A stretch of DNA of 63,366 nt, the filler included, from Octopus bimaculoides (taxonomy: Eukaryota), in assembly GCF_001194135.2 (NCBI RefSeq). It is 11 parts of 10 records of this genome, joined end to end, with 100 filler letters (N's around TTAATTAATTAA, not from the genome) between each part and the next. Parts side by side here need not be neighbours in the genome. Positions count along the whole stretch, not along the records: positions 1 to 14,446 come from NC_068982.1; positions 14,547 to 16,653 come from NC_069001.1; positions 16,754 to 22,203 come from NC_069001.1; positions 22,304 to 27,466 come from NW_026429531.1; 7 more parts are not named here. One strand, written 5' to 3'. The position numbers were made by a program, and so were the translations under genes. The notes beneath the pieces were generated by a model, which was given only the letters and a program-made list of their open reading frames with translations, made no database searches and was not told the origin of the DNA. Below, piece after piece: positions 10,290 to 22,902 of the stretch. Within the stretch, counting starts at the first letter, position 1, and each line of letters begins with the position of its first letter.

Positions 10290-13200
10290 CAGTCATATCG
10301 CTTTGATCGTACGTCTTTCTTTCTTTCGCCTTTGTCATACTCCGTATCGTTTTCAGAATTTCGGACCGAATAATTTATTAAACAAATGCGGGTACTTTTC
10401 TCTAACAAATTTCTTCTCCATCGGTGCTGTACCAGTTTCTTTTGATGATACCAATTAGAGAAATACATTTATTGCTTGATTAAATCGGGGACACGTCCAT
10501 TTGTAAACTTCTAAATCAAACACTTGATGCTAAAACAACATTTTTATTCACTCAGTTATATTGATATATAGCGGTTCTCTACACATTATATTTTCTGGTT
10601 TTGTACTATTTAGATTAATATGCTCATTTTAATAGGGGTACCCGTTTCTTTTCAGCAACATATTCATTTAGAATCAAAACCATTGTGTTCTGTTTGTTAA
10701 TGTTAGTGATTCAACAAAACTGCATCGACTGATTTCAGCAATGAGAGCTAAAGTATGTCTTGAAGATTTGGTAGAGCAGTGGCCTCTTAGGTTAGTTCAC
10801 TATTCTACTGAAAATGTATATTATGTGTTTCAACTGTGCGGGTCACATTTTATGTTATCAGGGATACTAAGGAAATTAGAAAACATATTCAGAATCAGTG
10901 AGTACAGACTAGCAACTAGTTATTGTATTTACTTTGTCATACACACCATTCATCATTATTTAATCGAATTTATATTATTCTAAAACATTACGTTTTCACA
11001 GAAAAGACATCTAATTTCGAATAAAAAGTTTGAATAAAATATGACAGATACAATATAATTTGAGATATTCTTTGAATTAAATGAGAACTGAACATATTTC
11101 TAGTATATTCCTTGTTTTGTAACTTTTAAATTAAATTTTCTTCCTCGAATATTATATTTTGTAGGTTGCCATTATGAAGTGAAACGAAAAGAAGAATAAA
11201 ATTCCTATATATCAGATAATGATTAAAAGTGAAATATGAACCAAAAAATGAAGACTGGAAAATAGTTTCCCTGCAGATATAGGTCTTTATTTAAAAAATA
11301 TAATTAAAATTATGTTTTAGATAATATTTTCCCACTTTTAGATTCTTGAATAGATGTAAAATTTGCCTGAAGAGAAACAACACTTCAGACGCGAAATTAG
11401 AAATACCGAATATCAGTTTTTAATCGGATTCTTTGAACTAAGGTAGACTTAGTTACTTTTGGGGATGAAGACGTTAATATATTTTTGTCAGATTTTGATT
11501 AAAGGAATTTCATGTATTTCACTCCGAACGACGTCTGCAGAAGTTCATTTTGCGCAAATGTTTTTAAGCGAATGTTCATTCATTAAACTGGAAAATGGGT
11601 TTCGGATGTAGCCTTCGTCCAATTTGAAAACGTATCGTTTCAAAGCTTAAAATGTATCATCGAAAATATCAATCACAAATGTTGACGTCATAGAATACGG
11701 GTCAAAATATCTTAGAAACATAATTTACAATGTCATTGTGAAGTAAAATAACGGAGATTTTTATCTCTTGATTTTATTATGTGTAGATGTCAGGAATATT
11801 TCATGTTAATAAGCTACAAAATTTAAAACGTTATATTTAAAATTTTTAAAAGGCCTAACTCATTATTATATTTTAGTCATATTAGTCTCCACTTATATAC
11901 TTAATATTTATATTCTTTCTAATGTTACACCATTTTCTATGCATCATACTCATAAATAGTGGAAGGCAGTTTGTAAAATATTTCGGAATATTAGACTTAC
12001 TGCAATGCTTATAAATTATTTCTGTACTACGTGTATATTTCCGTGTTAAGAACTCTTTTTACTGCCTTAACGGTTTCAACGTGTATATATATATATATAT
12101 ATATATATNNNNNNNNNNNNNNNNNNNNNNNNNNNNNNNNNNNNNNNNNNNNNNNNNNNNNNNNNNNNNNNNNNNNNNNNNNNNNNNNNNNNNNNNNNNN
12201 NNNNNNNNNNNNNNNNNNNNNNNNNNNNNNNNNNNNNNNNNNNNNNNNNNNNNNNNNNNNNNNNNNNNNNNNNNNNNNNNNNNNNNNNNNNNNNNNNNNN
12301 NNNNNNNNNNNNNNNNNNNNNNNNNNNNNNNNNNNNNNNNNNNNNNNNNNNNNNNNNNNNNNNNNNNNNNNNNNNNNNNNNNNNNNNNNNNNNNNNNNNN
12401 NNNNNNNNNNNNNNNNNNNNNNNNNNNNNNNNNNNNNNNNNNNNNNNNNNNNNNNNNNNNNNNNNNNNNNNNNNNNNNNNNNNNNNNNNNNNNNNNNNNN
12501 NNNNNNNNNNNNNNNNNNNNNNNNNNNNNNNNNNNNNNNNNNNNNNNNNNNNNNNNNNNNNNNNNNNNNNNNNNNNNNNNNNNNNNNNNNNNNNNNNNNN
12601 NNNNNNNNNNNNNNNNNNNNNNNNNNNNNNNNNNNNNNNNNNNNNNNNNNNNNNNNNNNNNNNNNNNNNNNNNNNNNNNNNNNNNNNNNNNNNNNNNNNN
12701 NNNNNNNNNNNNNNNNNNNNNNNNNNNNNNNNNNNNNNNNNNNNNNNNNNNNNNNNNNNNNNNNNNNNNNNNNNNNNNNNNNNNNNNNNNNNNNNNNNNN
12801 NNNNNNNNNNNNNNNNNNNNNNNNNNNNNNNNNNNNNNNNNNNNNNNNNNNNNNNNNNNNNNNNNNNNNNNNNNNNNNNNNNNNNNNNNNNNNNNNNNNN
12901 NNNNNNNNNNNNNNNNNNNNNNNNNNNNNNNNNNNAAATTAACTACCAACAATAATTGGTAAGCTAACTTAAAAAATCATCACCAAAATAGCAGAAAAAA
13001 ACGACAGTAATTGTGAAATTTTTTCGCCATGAACGGTTTGTGTTTTTAAACGGAATGTATTTTTTCTGACGTTATATCTGTTCCTGAATGATGTGTAAAG
13101 AAATTTTGATTTAAGCATCTTAATGAATTTTTTATACTGAAATATATATTGAAGAAGATAAATATGTTCTTTTGAATTTATACGTTTTTGCGTCGTAACT

Positions 13201-13447
13201 CCTTTATTATTATTAATATATATATATGTATATATATATCTTTATTTTTATTCTTATTTTTAATGAAGATATCTTAGAATTTGTATAATTAATTTGGATC
13301 CGTTAATAATAATAAAAAGAAAAATAGCCTGAGGACGCACTGGTGGATTTATGTATTGGGTATAGCCTGGTAAACAAACCAACAGGGCAGAAATACGTGT
13401 AGCGTTGATTAATATTATCTTCTTTGCCGACAAAGTAATAACAGGTA

Positions 13448-13723
13448 AGTTATATACATTATTTACATTATCTACATTTGACGGATATTCGTCCTCATCT
13501 TGTTTGTTGTTAACACAACGTTTCGGCTGATATACCCTCCAGCCTTCGTCAGGTGTCTTGGGGAAATTTCGAACCTGGGTTCTCATTCCTATCGATGTTA
13601 CTATTATTATTATTATTATTAATATTATATATTATTATTATTATTAATCAGGTCGCTGCCGTGAATCGAACTCGGAACCTTGGGGTTAGTAGCCCGCGCT
13701 CTTAACCACTACGCCATATGCCC
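13448..13723 (-). mobile_element. tRNA-headed SINE containing a hammerhead ribozyme
   Basis: Minus strand: tRNA-like head 13723-13651 (A box TGGCGTAGTGG, B box GTTCGATTC), (AAT)n spacer, HHR at 13557-13512, (AATGTA/GATAATGT) tail repeats. Confidence 0.75.
13512..13557 (-). ncRNA. Type I hammerhead ribozyme (minimal, dimer-type stem III)
   Basis: GACAC-CUGACGA-A-GGCUG-GAGGGUAUAU-CAGCC-GAAA-CG-UU-GUGUU: stem I GACAC/GUGUU, 5-bp stem II, palindromic ACGU stem III, GUU cleavage triplet. Confidence 0.85.
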
Positions 13724-13949
13724 GTATATATATATTTTTAAAAATATGTTTAAATAATTTTTAATTGATTCTAATGTACTTTATTTTATTGTACGTTATA
13801 GTAGGCTTTAAAATTATCATAATATTAGATTAGTATTTTGGATATAACTTTCTATGTGTCCTCCAGAAAATAAGGTTGTCCTGAAATTGAAGTTATCGTC
13901 TTATTGGTAAAATCCCAAATTTGTAATAATATTATATCTATATATATAT

Positions 13950-14192
13950 TCTTTATTTGTTTCAGTCATTTGACTGCGGCCATGCTGGAGCACCGCCTTT
14001 AATCGAACAAATCGACCACAGGTCTTATTCTTTGTAAGCCATAAGCCTATTACTTGTCCTGTCGGTATCCTTTGCCGAACTGCTATGCTACAGGGACGTA
14101 AACACACCAGCATCGGTTGTCAAGCGATGATGGGAGGACGAACACAGACACACAAATATATACATATATATATATATGTATATATATATATG

Positions 14193-14228
<36 letters not shown>

Positions 14229-14421
14229 AGTGTGTGTGTGTGTATGTGTGTGTGTATGTGTGTACGACGGGCTTCTTTCAGTTTCCGTCTACCAAATCCA
14301 CGCACAAGGCTTTGGTCGGCCTGAGGCTATAGTAGAAAACACTTGCCCAAGGTGCCACGTAGTAGGACTGAACACGGAAACATGTGGTTGTCAAGCAAGC
14401 TACTTACCACACAGCCCCTCC
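13950..14421 (-). mobile_element. SINE family A, near full length
   Basis: Head GGCTGTGTGGTAAGTAGCTTGC, CORE-like ACCTTGGGCAAGTGT, internal (TA/TG)n, tail GGCGGTGCTCCAGCATGGCCGCAGTCAAATGACTGAAACAA. Confidence 0.9.
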
Positions 14422-14546
14422 TATATATATATATATATATATATATNNNNNNNNNNNNNNNNNNNNNNNNNNNNNNNNNNNNNNNNNNNNTTAATTAATT
14501 AANNNNNNNNNNNNNNNNNNNNNNNNNNNNNNNNNNNNNNNNNNNN

Positions 14547-14607
<61 letters not shown>

Positions 14608-15064
14608 GACATACGCGCATACACTCGTAAAAGAGATAACAAACGAGTTCTAGTTACTGTAATTTGGAGTCAAATGACAGTAATAATAATAAAGATAGTA
14701 ATAATTGCAGCGAACATTGAGGTTAAAGGTTAGTCGATTAAAAAAAACTGACCCTAGTTGACCTCGGTCGGTTTTGGATTGAGAACCCCCCAAAAAATGA
14801 AATAAAATATTCCTGGAACAAATACAATATATAGTACATTGAGCTTTATTTGATCTAGCAAGCAGGGCCTCATATCAGTGAGGTGTGGGTGCGTCGGTGC
14901 GTATTGATGCCGTCGAGAGGTAGGCCCTGAAACGGCGCGCATTCTCTCCTTGCTGGCTTCCGCTATGCGGAGCTTTCAACTCATAGCACTTGCATGTGCA
15001 AGTTGTTTGCGAAACATGTATGAGGGGTCTCAAACGTTTCCGTGAACCTACAATAATCCTTCCT

Positions 15065-15275
15065 ACTCTAGGCACAAGGCCTGAAATTATATGGGAGGAG
15101 CCAGTCGATTAGATCGAAACCAGTACGCAATTTGTACCTAATTTATTGACCCCCCCGAAAGGATGAAAAGCAAAGTCGACCTCGGCGGAATTTGAACACA
15201 GAGCGTAACGGTAGACGAAATACTGTCAAGCATTCGGCACGGCGTGCTAACGATTCTACCACCACGCTGCCTTAC
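15065..15275 (-). mobile_element. SINE family B
   Basis: Matches the 2393 and 5012 copies. Confidence 0.8.
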
Positions 15276-15493
15276 GCGAACTTACCATAATAGTAGTAAT
15301 AATTTTTTTTCCATTTTTTTTTTGTACACGGCCAGCAATTTTGAAGAGAGGGTACAAATCGATTACCTTGATTCCAGTAGGTGTCCCCTCTCACCAAACT
15401 TCAAACCTTGTGCCTTTAGTAGAAAGAATTATTATTAATATCATCATCATCATCATTATTATTATTAATATCATTATCATTATTATTGTTATT

Positions 15494-15815
15494 GGCGAGC
15501 TCGCAGAATGGTAAGACGGCGAGCTGGCAGAATCGTTAGCATGCCGAGCGAAATGTTTAGCGGCATTTCGTCCGTCTTCATGATCTGAGTTCAAATTCCA
15601 CCGAGGTCGATTTTGGCTTTCATCTTTTCGGCCTACCACCGTTTCGCCTAGCTTTACATTCTGGGCCGAAATGTCAGTCACCCGGGGTCGACTTTGCCTT
15701 CCAACCTTTTGTGATCGACGAAATAAGCACCCGTTGAACATCGAGGTCCATGTCATAGACTTACAGACTTACACTCTCTCCCGAAATTGCTGGCCTTGTG
15801 CTGAAATTTGAAACC
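15494..15815 (+). mobile_element. SINE family B, rearranged (duplicated head, interrupted body)
   Basis: GGCGAGCTCGCAGAAT and GGCGAGCTGGCAGAAT in tandem; GGTCGACTTTGCCTT resumes near 15686. Confidence 0.7.
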
Positions 15816-16130
15816 AATATTTTAATACATTTTTATATATATCTTTCTTCCTTTCTCAAAATCTCATTTACATTATACATATATCGCCATATTTATTTAT
15901 TTATCCCGAGCCCTTTGTCGCTGTATCGCCGTCTTCCTTCTTTCCTTCCTTCCTTCCTTTCTTTCTTTATTTCTTTCTTTCTGTATTTCTTTCTTTCTTT
16001 CTTTCTTTCTTTCTTTATTTCTTTCTTTCTTAGAGGTAAAGGAGACGGCAGAAGGGTTTCTTGCAATAATTGACAGTTTTCCCACATCTTTTAGTGTACA
16101 CCATCCTTGTATTTGCTTGTCTGCCCATTC

Positions 16131-16175
<45 letters not shown>

Positions 16176-16262
16176 GACACACACACACACACACACGCAC
16201 ACATACATACAGAAATGTATACATATATTTATATATGTGTATTATGTATGTATGTGCGAATG

Positions 16263-16306
<44 letters not shown>

Positions 16307-16444
16307 AGTGATCGTATGTGTGCGTGTGTTTTGTGTGCGTGTTCATACACTTGAAACCTAGATATGTTTTTAAATACATTAATGTCCTTCGGTACACTGA
16401 ATTTTCAAGATGCCATGCTGTGTTCGGTTTAAAAAGAGGGTCTG

Positions 16445-16504
<60 letters not shown>

Positions 16505-16610
16505 CACACAAACACACACGCACACATACACATATATACATACATATGGTCTTTTTTATATATGTGTTTGTGCGTGTACGTGTTTTGTGTCTGTATGTGA
16601 ATATATCTAT

Positions 16611-16653
<43 letters not shown>

Positions 16654-16782
16654 NNNNNNNNNNNNNNNNNNNNNNNNNNNNNNNNNNNNNNNNNNNNTTA
16701 ATTAATTAANNNNNNNNNNNNNNNNNNNNNNNNNNNNNNNNNNNNNNNNNNNNATATATATATATAGATAGATAGATAGATA

Positions 16783-17204
16783 TGTAGGGAAGTGGTTATA
16801 CACCATTAGGTGTACACCGTTTCCGTACATTAAATTTCTAGAAGAAACAACGGAATGCAGATTCTGAACAACATAACAATATTTATTTACAGTGGAATTC
16901 AGTTCACGCTTGGAGGGAATTCGGTAGCTCGTCGCCCTCGGTTACTGAGACGTCTCCTGAATGATTTCCGTAGTTATTTGTGAAGCTCTGGTGCTGACAT
17001 GTGAGAGAGCTCTGTTGGACATCTTGGCTCGACGGAGATCAGTCAACGAAGAGCCTGAGAAAAGGCGCCAAAGCTGGGTGTCGAACTCTACGCATGCGCA
17101 TGAGACTCATCCTGTATTCCTTCCGGAACTAGTCCCTGCGCATGCGTGGATAAAACTCCGGACATTGAACATATAACAGTCGTCTGCTATAAGTTGTCAC
17201 TACA
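16783..17204 (-). mobile_element. Solo LTR (422 bp), probably Ty3/Gypsy type
   Basis: Termini TGTAG...CTACA, 4-bp GATA duplication (16779-82, 17205-08), AATAAA on minus at 16882-87, no internal ORF. Confidence 0.8.
17091..17146. promoter_or_regulatory. Two NRF1-like (GCGCATGCG) sites flanking an ETS-like TTCCGGAA inside the LTR U3
   Basis: CGCATGCGCA 17091-17100, TTCCGGAA 17121-17128, TGCGCATGCG 17137-17146; function inferred from motif only. Confidence 0.45.
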
Positions 17205-17284
17205 GATAGATAGATATCTTTTATCTTTTACTTACAACCATGCTGGTTGTAAAGCAACGGTGAAGGACAAACGCAGGCATAAAG

Positions 17285-17661
17285 ACACACAAGTATAGAT
17301 ATCATCAACTTTATTGATAGGGTCTCTTGGGATGTTGGTGAAGGATTCTTGTTGATTGTCAGCAATGAACTTGGACTTATTATGATTAACAACTCGTCCA
17401 CCATCATGTGCAACTAATTATAGGCTGTGAAATAATAGGGTGGCATTTGATATTGTGTCAGAGAGCAAGGTTAAATCATCTGCATAGTCTACATCACTTC
17501 TTTTTTTGAGCTGGATGACCAATCGATCTTCTTTTCACAAGTGGGAAATGGAGGCTGTTTAGTTTGTAAAGTGATGTTCTAAGGACATAATCCAGAATGA
17601 TCCTGAAGAGGAAGGGTACCAGTGTGTCCCCACTGGAGTACTGCGGCTTTTATGTCAAAGA
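17285..17661 (-). pseudogene. RTE-clade RT fragment (inverted 5' part)
   Basis: Minus translation FFDIKAAVLQ/GDTLVPFLF...DYADDLTLLSDT...VDD with frameshifts and stops. Confidence 0.8.
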
Positions 17662-18010
17662 AACTTGTTAAGAGCAGACTTAAACATATCTTGGAGAACT
17701 CATCCTACCAAGAAACAGCTGTATGGAGATCTCCTGCCTGTTTTCACCAGTATAAGGAAAAGGCACTTGTGTTTAGTGAGACATTGCTGGAGAGCTAAAA
17801 CAAAAGCTGACCAACTGCTATGGATGCCAAAGCAGGGCTGTACTTGAGCTGGTCGTCCAAATGCGACATATGTAGATAACTCAACCGGAACACTAGATAT
17901 CTCCCTGAAGATCTACTGCAACTAATGCAGCACAGAAATTGATGGCATGTGCAAGTCCGAAATGTCTGAGCAAGCTTGACCAGATGATGATAATGACAAC
18001 AATGACGACG
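17662..18010 (+). pseudogene. RTE-clade LINE 3' end with (TGA)n-like tail
   Basis: LRADLNISWRTHPTKKQLYGDL...RHCWRA...LLWMP...GRP: typical RTE ORF C-terminus, followed by GATGATGATAATGAC. Confidence 0.8.
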
Positions 18011-18123
18011 ATGCACTGACACATACACACACACAAACACACACACACATCATTTGATTCATGAGAGCATGGAAAAGTGATCATTAAAATGGTGATGATG
18101 GTGATGCTGATGATATATGCAAT

Positions 18124-18278
18124 AGGCTTCTTTCGGTTTCTGGCTACCAAATCCCTTCACAAGACTTTGGTCTGCTTAGGGTTATATTAGATGACACTTA
18201 CCCAAGATGCTATGCAATGGAACTGAACCTAAAACAACGTGGTTGAGAAGTAAATTTCTTAACAATACAGCTATGCTG
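18124..18278 (-). mobile_element. SINE family A head, decayed
   Basis: Similarity to 14270-14421. Confidence 0.6.
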
Positions 18279-19997
18279 ACATCTATTTGTTTAGAATTAC
18301 AATTGTATATCAATAATTCCTTGGACTCTATGAATAAACTGCTTAGCTAATGGTAATAAGAATTGTGGAAAAGAAATGGCATGCTGTTTGCCTCAATTTA
18401 CCAGGATGTAAAGTCTGTAACAGTTCATTATATCTGAAGACTCCCCAGTTGGATGTTTGAGATTGGACCTATATATAATAGCTAGAACATCCTTTGCAAC
18501 AAAGTCACATGCAAATATTTAGAATTGGTAGAACCATCCAATACAATCCATGCAAACATGAAAGAAAATAATATGCAGTAGACTTTGACTACTAACTGGA
18601 ATTTGAAGAATGTGTTTATAAAGATACAATAGTTCATGCCATTAGAAAAATCACTGGTATTAGAAGAATGTGTTTATAAAGTTTCATGCAGTGATGCATT
18701 GACCAGAAATTAATCTGAGGTTTTGTATGCTTCAGTAAATAAATTTGTATTTAAATTTCTTATCTTCTTAAACAGAATGTGCAATTTACACTAATATAAA
18801 ACCATAGGATGAAAGAACTATAGAAATATAAAATTAAAAAATGCTTTCTATCTATAAAGTTCTCACTAGTAATTGCATTATCATTGAATAGACTTAAAAT
18901 TCTTCACAGAATTGTTTTAAATTATTTCACTCTGTCAAATTTGTTCAGAAAGCTATGAAGCAAAAATAAATTCTTGCTATCTTTTACTTTCCTCCAATAC
19001 TATTCTAGTTAAGATAACTGCAATAGAACTTAAATAGTTTTCTGCACTTCTATTTTATACATCAAATCGATCTATAATCTGAATATTGGCTTGCAAGACA
19101 AAAGCACGCTTGAAAGATCGCTAAACATTATCTGCTTTGTGGTCTGCACAAGAGGCCTTGCTTCACGTTTGGTCGCCTATTTGGCTAGTTCAAATACATA
19201 GCTGACATTCATCAAATCTCCTATGAATTTATTTGGCATCACTTGGTACCTAATTAACCTGGGACTTTCAATTTTAATAAAATGAAAGACAGTAGATATG
19301 ATACATCGGGGAGACCATTCTTAGAGCCTGAATTAAACTAATCAACCAAGCTTTACAAATAGTAACTGACAATTCTCTTTAGTAAATATATTTTTTCTTT
19401 GTTTGTTTCCCTTTTTGTAAAGATTAAAACTTTTCTTTGCTTCAAAATGTTTACTTCAAACAATGATTCACTACAAAGAATTTATTCTATATCTTCTGCT
19501 ATCCATTTTTGTTCCCATGATATTATCAGAAAGGACTAAAGTCAGTTAATGAAATCTTTTCTTCTCAGCATCAAAATAGTGCTATCACCAACCAAACTAA
19601 AATTGGCAGTTTGATAGAATACTATAAACATTATGGACCTAACAGGACTCTTATTTATCCGTACTATGAAATTAATGAAAGATCACACTTTTGAAGGATA
19701 GGCTACAAGATTATCACAGGTTATTTTCACAGAGATTCATACCAGCTTTCAAGCTAAATAGATTGAAGCAAACATATTATTATGTCATGAATATATATAG
19801 TTATATTAATTCAGTGATGTAAATCCGCACATCTAAAGGCCTATAACTGTGAACATGTTGCAACCATAAATTCTTAGACTCAAACTCTAACTATACACTT
19901 ATATTTCTTCTTTATATTTTTCATGACATTACTCTGCCCAGTTCCCCTGCATGATGCTACAATTAGGGATATTTTCTAGAAATGTTTGTATATTAGG

Positions 19998-20172
19998 TGA
20001 AGACATGCCTTTGTGGTAAGAAGCTTGTTTTCTAGTCACATGGTTCCAGTTTCAGTCCCACCACTTAGTACCTTGGACAAGTGTCTTCTACTATAGCCTC
20101 TAGCTGACCAAAACCTTGTGAGTAGATTTGGTTGACAGAAACTGAAAAAGCCCATCATATATACATATATGT

Positions 20173-20203
<31 letters not shown>

Positions 20204-20415
20204 CGTGTGTGCATGCATGTGTGTATGTGTGTGTGTGTGTCTGTCTGTCCCACCAGCACTGCTTGACAACCAGTGTTGGTGTGTTTATGTCCCTGTAACT
20301 TAGTGGTTGAGCTAAAGAGACTGACAGAATAAGTACTAGGCTTAAATAAATAAGTCCTAGGTTTGATTTGTTCAGCTAAAACCCTTCAAGGTGGTGCCCC
20401 AGCTTGGCCGCAGTC
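19998..20415 (+). mobile_element. SINE family A
   Basis: Head, internal (TG)n and tail all recognisable. Confidence 0.85.
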
Positions 20416-20639
20416 ATTGTTGCTTAGCTCTAGACAAGCAAAGCCATATCAAACCATAATCAGTCTGCTTTCTATTTTAAGGCATCCTTTTTAAGGCATT
20501 CTTTCTTTTTTGCTTTAAGATGGGAAAGGTGTAATTTGAGGAAAATTTTGTTGATATTCTTAGCACATGGAATGATTATGTAGAAGTTCTTTCACTTCTG
20601 GTCAAAGAAGGAGACAAAGTAACGTAACTTCTATAAACC

Positions 20640-21045
20640 ATGCCACATAATGGCTGTGTGGTAAGAAGTTTGCTTCCCAATCACATGGTTCTAGGTTCAG
20701 TCCCACTGCATAGCACCTTGCGCAAGTGTCTTCTACAGTAGCCGGAGGGCGATCCAAACCTTGTCTGTGGAATTAGTGGATGGAAACTGAAAGAAGCTTG
20801 TTGTATACATATATTTATATATTCGTGTGTGGGTGTGTTTATATGTCCTCCGCCCCACTGCTTGACAACCAGTGTTGATGAGTTTACATCCCCATATCTT
20901 AGCTGTTCAACAAAAGAGACTAACACAATAAGTACCAAGCTTGAAACGAAAATAAGTACTGGGATCAATTAGTTTGACTAAAACATTCCCCAAGGTGGTG
21001 CCCCAGCATGGTCGCAGTCTAATGATTGAAACAATGAAAAATATA
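20640..21045 (+). mobile_element. SINE family A
   Basis: GGCTGTGTGGTAAGAAGTTTGC...GGTGGTGCCCCAGCATGGTCGCAGTC. Confidence 0.85.
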
Positions 21046-21505
21046 AAAAAAGGATAATGTTCAAGGCTAAATCTAAATACTCACCTTTCCTATAGCAACA
21101 ACACAACCAGCAGTCTAAGTTTATAGTAATTCCTTAATAATGCCAATTCAATAATTTTCATCTGATTTTAGTATTAAAATAAAAGAATTTTACCATTCTA
21201 GACATTGTTGGATGAATTTGTAACGTTTTGTTTCTTCTCTTGACAGATATTGACAAATGTGATATCAAATCTACTAAAAATAAACTGATTCCCCATGAGT
21301 CACACATGTTTGTTTTATGGTTCTATGGCAATGGTTCAGAGCAAGTTGTATTCTGTTTTAGAATAAAGGAGGGAAAAAAATATTCTAATCAATATTTCAG
21401 GAGAAAACAAATCAAGTCTGGTAGTTTCTAGGTCATAGTTAATGTTGATCCGCTTGTTGACAAGGAAGTTTCTGCACTGTGTGTGTGTACATGTGTATGC
21501 AACAC

Positions 21506-21587
<82 letters not shown>

Positions 21588-22005
21588 GATTATATTTTTT
21601 TTGCAAAGTCAGAAACACTGTAACCAGTGTTTTCAAGAATAATCTAAAAATAACACAGGCAGGTAAATATGTTATCTTTTTTTCTCAAATATTTTTTGAG
21701 CTTAAAAGTGGAAGAAGCACATATGACCACTTTCAGGGCCTTTAAAACTGGTGTCAAAGAAGGGAACAAAATATCTTCAACCTGGAGAACTGGTCCAAAT
21801 TGTTACAAGATTAATTCCACTAAAAGCATCTAAATACCAGGTTATGGTGTTAAACTGAATAGCAGATTAAGCCAACTATCTAAACTCAGGAGTGATCTTG
21901 AATGCAGTCTTTTATACAGTTTCTGTCAATTTAACTTCAGTCATGAGACTTTGCAATGGGATCAAACTTAAAATCACATGGTTATGAAATAAATTTATCT
22001 ACTAT

Positions 22006-22159
22006 GCAGGCGTGGCTGTGTGGTAAGAAGCTTGCTTTCCAACCACATAGTTTTGGGTGCAGTCCCACTGTGTGACACTGTAAGAAAATGTATTCTACTA
22101 TACGCTCAGGCAGACCAAAGTCTTGTGAGTGGATATGGTATACAGAAACTAAAAGAAGC

Positions 22160-22163
<4 letters not shown>
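22006..22163 (+). mobile_element. SINE family A head (runs into gap)
   Basis: GCAGGCGTGGCTGTGTGGTAAGAAGCTTGC...GAAACTAAAAGAAGCCC. Confidence 0.8.
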
Positions 22164-22203
<40 letters not shown>

Positions 22204-22547
22204 NNNNNNNNNNNNNNNNNNNNNNNNNNNNNNNNNNNNNNNNNNNNTTAATTAATTAANNNNNNNNNNNNNNNNNNNNNNNNNNNNNNNNNNNNNNNNN
22301 NNNTTAAAACAAATAAATTGTATAGTTATTCAAAAGTAATTACATACGTGAGATCTTTGAATACGAAAATTTGGATTAAAAAGAGAAATTCCGTTTTGTA
22401 ATAAACTAATTTGTGCGGGTGTATGGATGGATGCCTGGATTATCTTTATGTATGTGTGTCAGTATGTGTATATATGGATGTATCTGTGTATACATCGGTG
22501 CATATGTATATATACGCAATTGTATACACCTACCTACCTACCTACCC

Positions 22548-22586
<39 letters not shown>

Positions 22587-22596
22587 CAACCATCTG

Positions 22597-22654
<58 letters not shown>

Positions 22655-22682
22655 CAACAATCTGTCTGTCTGTGTGTGTGTG

Positions 22683-22734
<52 letters not shown>

Positions 22735-22865
22735 CCTGTCTGTCTGTCTCTCTTGTTTATATAGACAAGCAAGTGCGTGTGTATACATGAAATATATATA
22801 TTCCTATATGTAAATATGAGTACGTGTGTATATTTTATAAATAACGAATATTCGTATGTAGACAT

Positions 22866-22902
<37 letters not shown>

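Noticed and set aside
10144-10468. Poly-Asp/poly-His ORFs, and poly-Leu/poly-Tyr ORFs at 29950-30256
   Set aside because: Translations of (GAT)n and (TTA)n microsatellites
11367-11397. CTGAAGA...GAAA
   Set aside because: No stem II, stem III or NUH can be formed
12031-12962. Long ORFs in the track (also 22932, 48001, 51123, 51961, 55050, 58930, 60147 regions)
   Set aside because: They consist of N runs and microsatellite translations
13651-13723. Possible genuine tRNA gene
   Set aside because: Acceptor and anticodon stems pair poorly and no oligo-T terminator follows; treated as a SINE head
14491-14502. TTAATTAATTAA recurring in the middle of ~100-N gaps (also 16698, 22248, 27511, 36580, 38296, 41961, 43899, 47755, 62210)
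   Set aside because: Identical six-frame-stop spacer centred in gaps: a scaffolding linker, not biology
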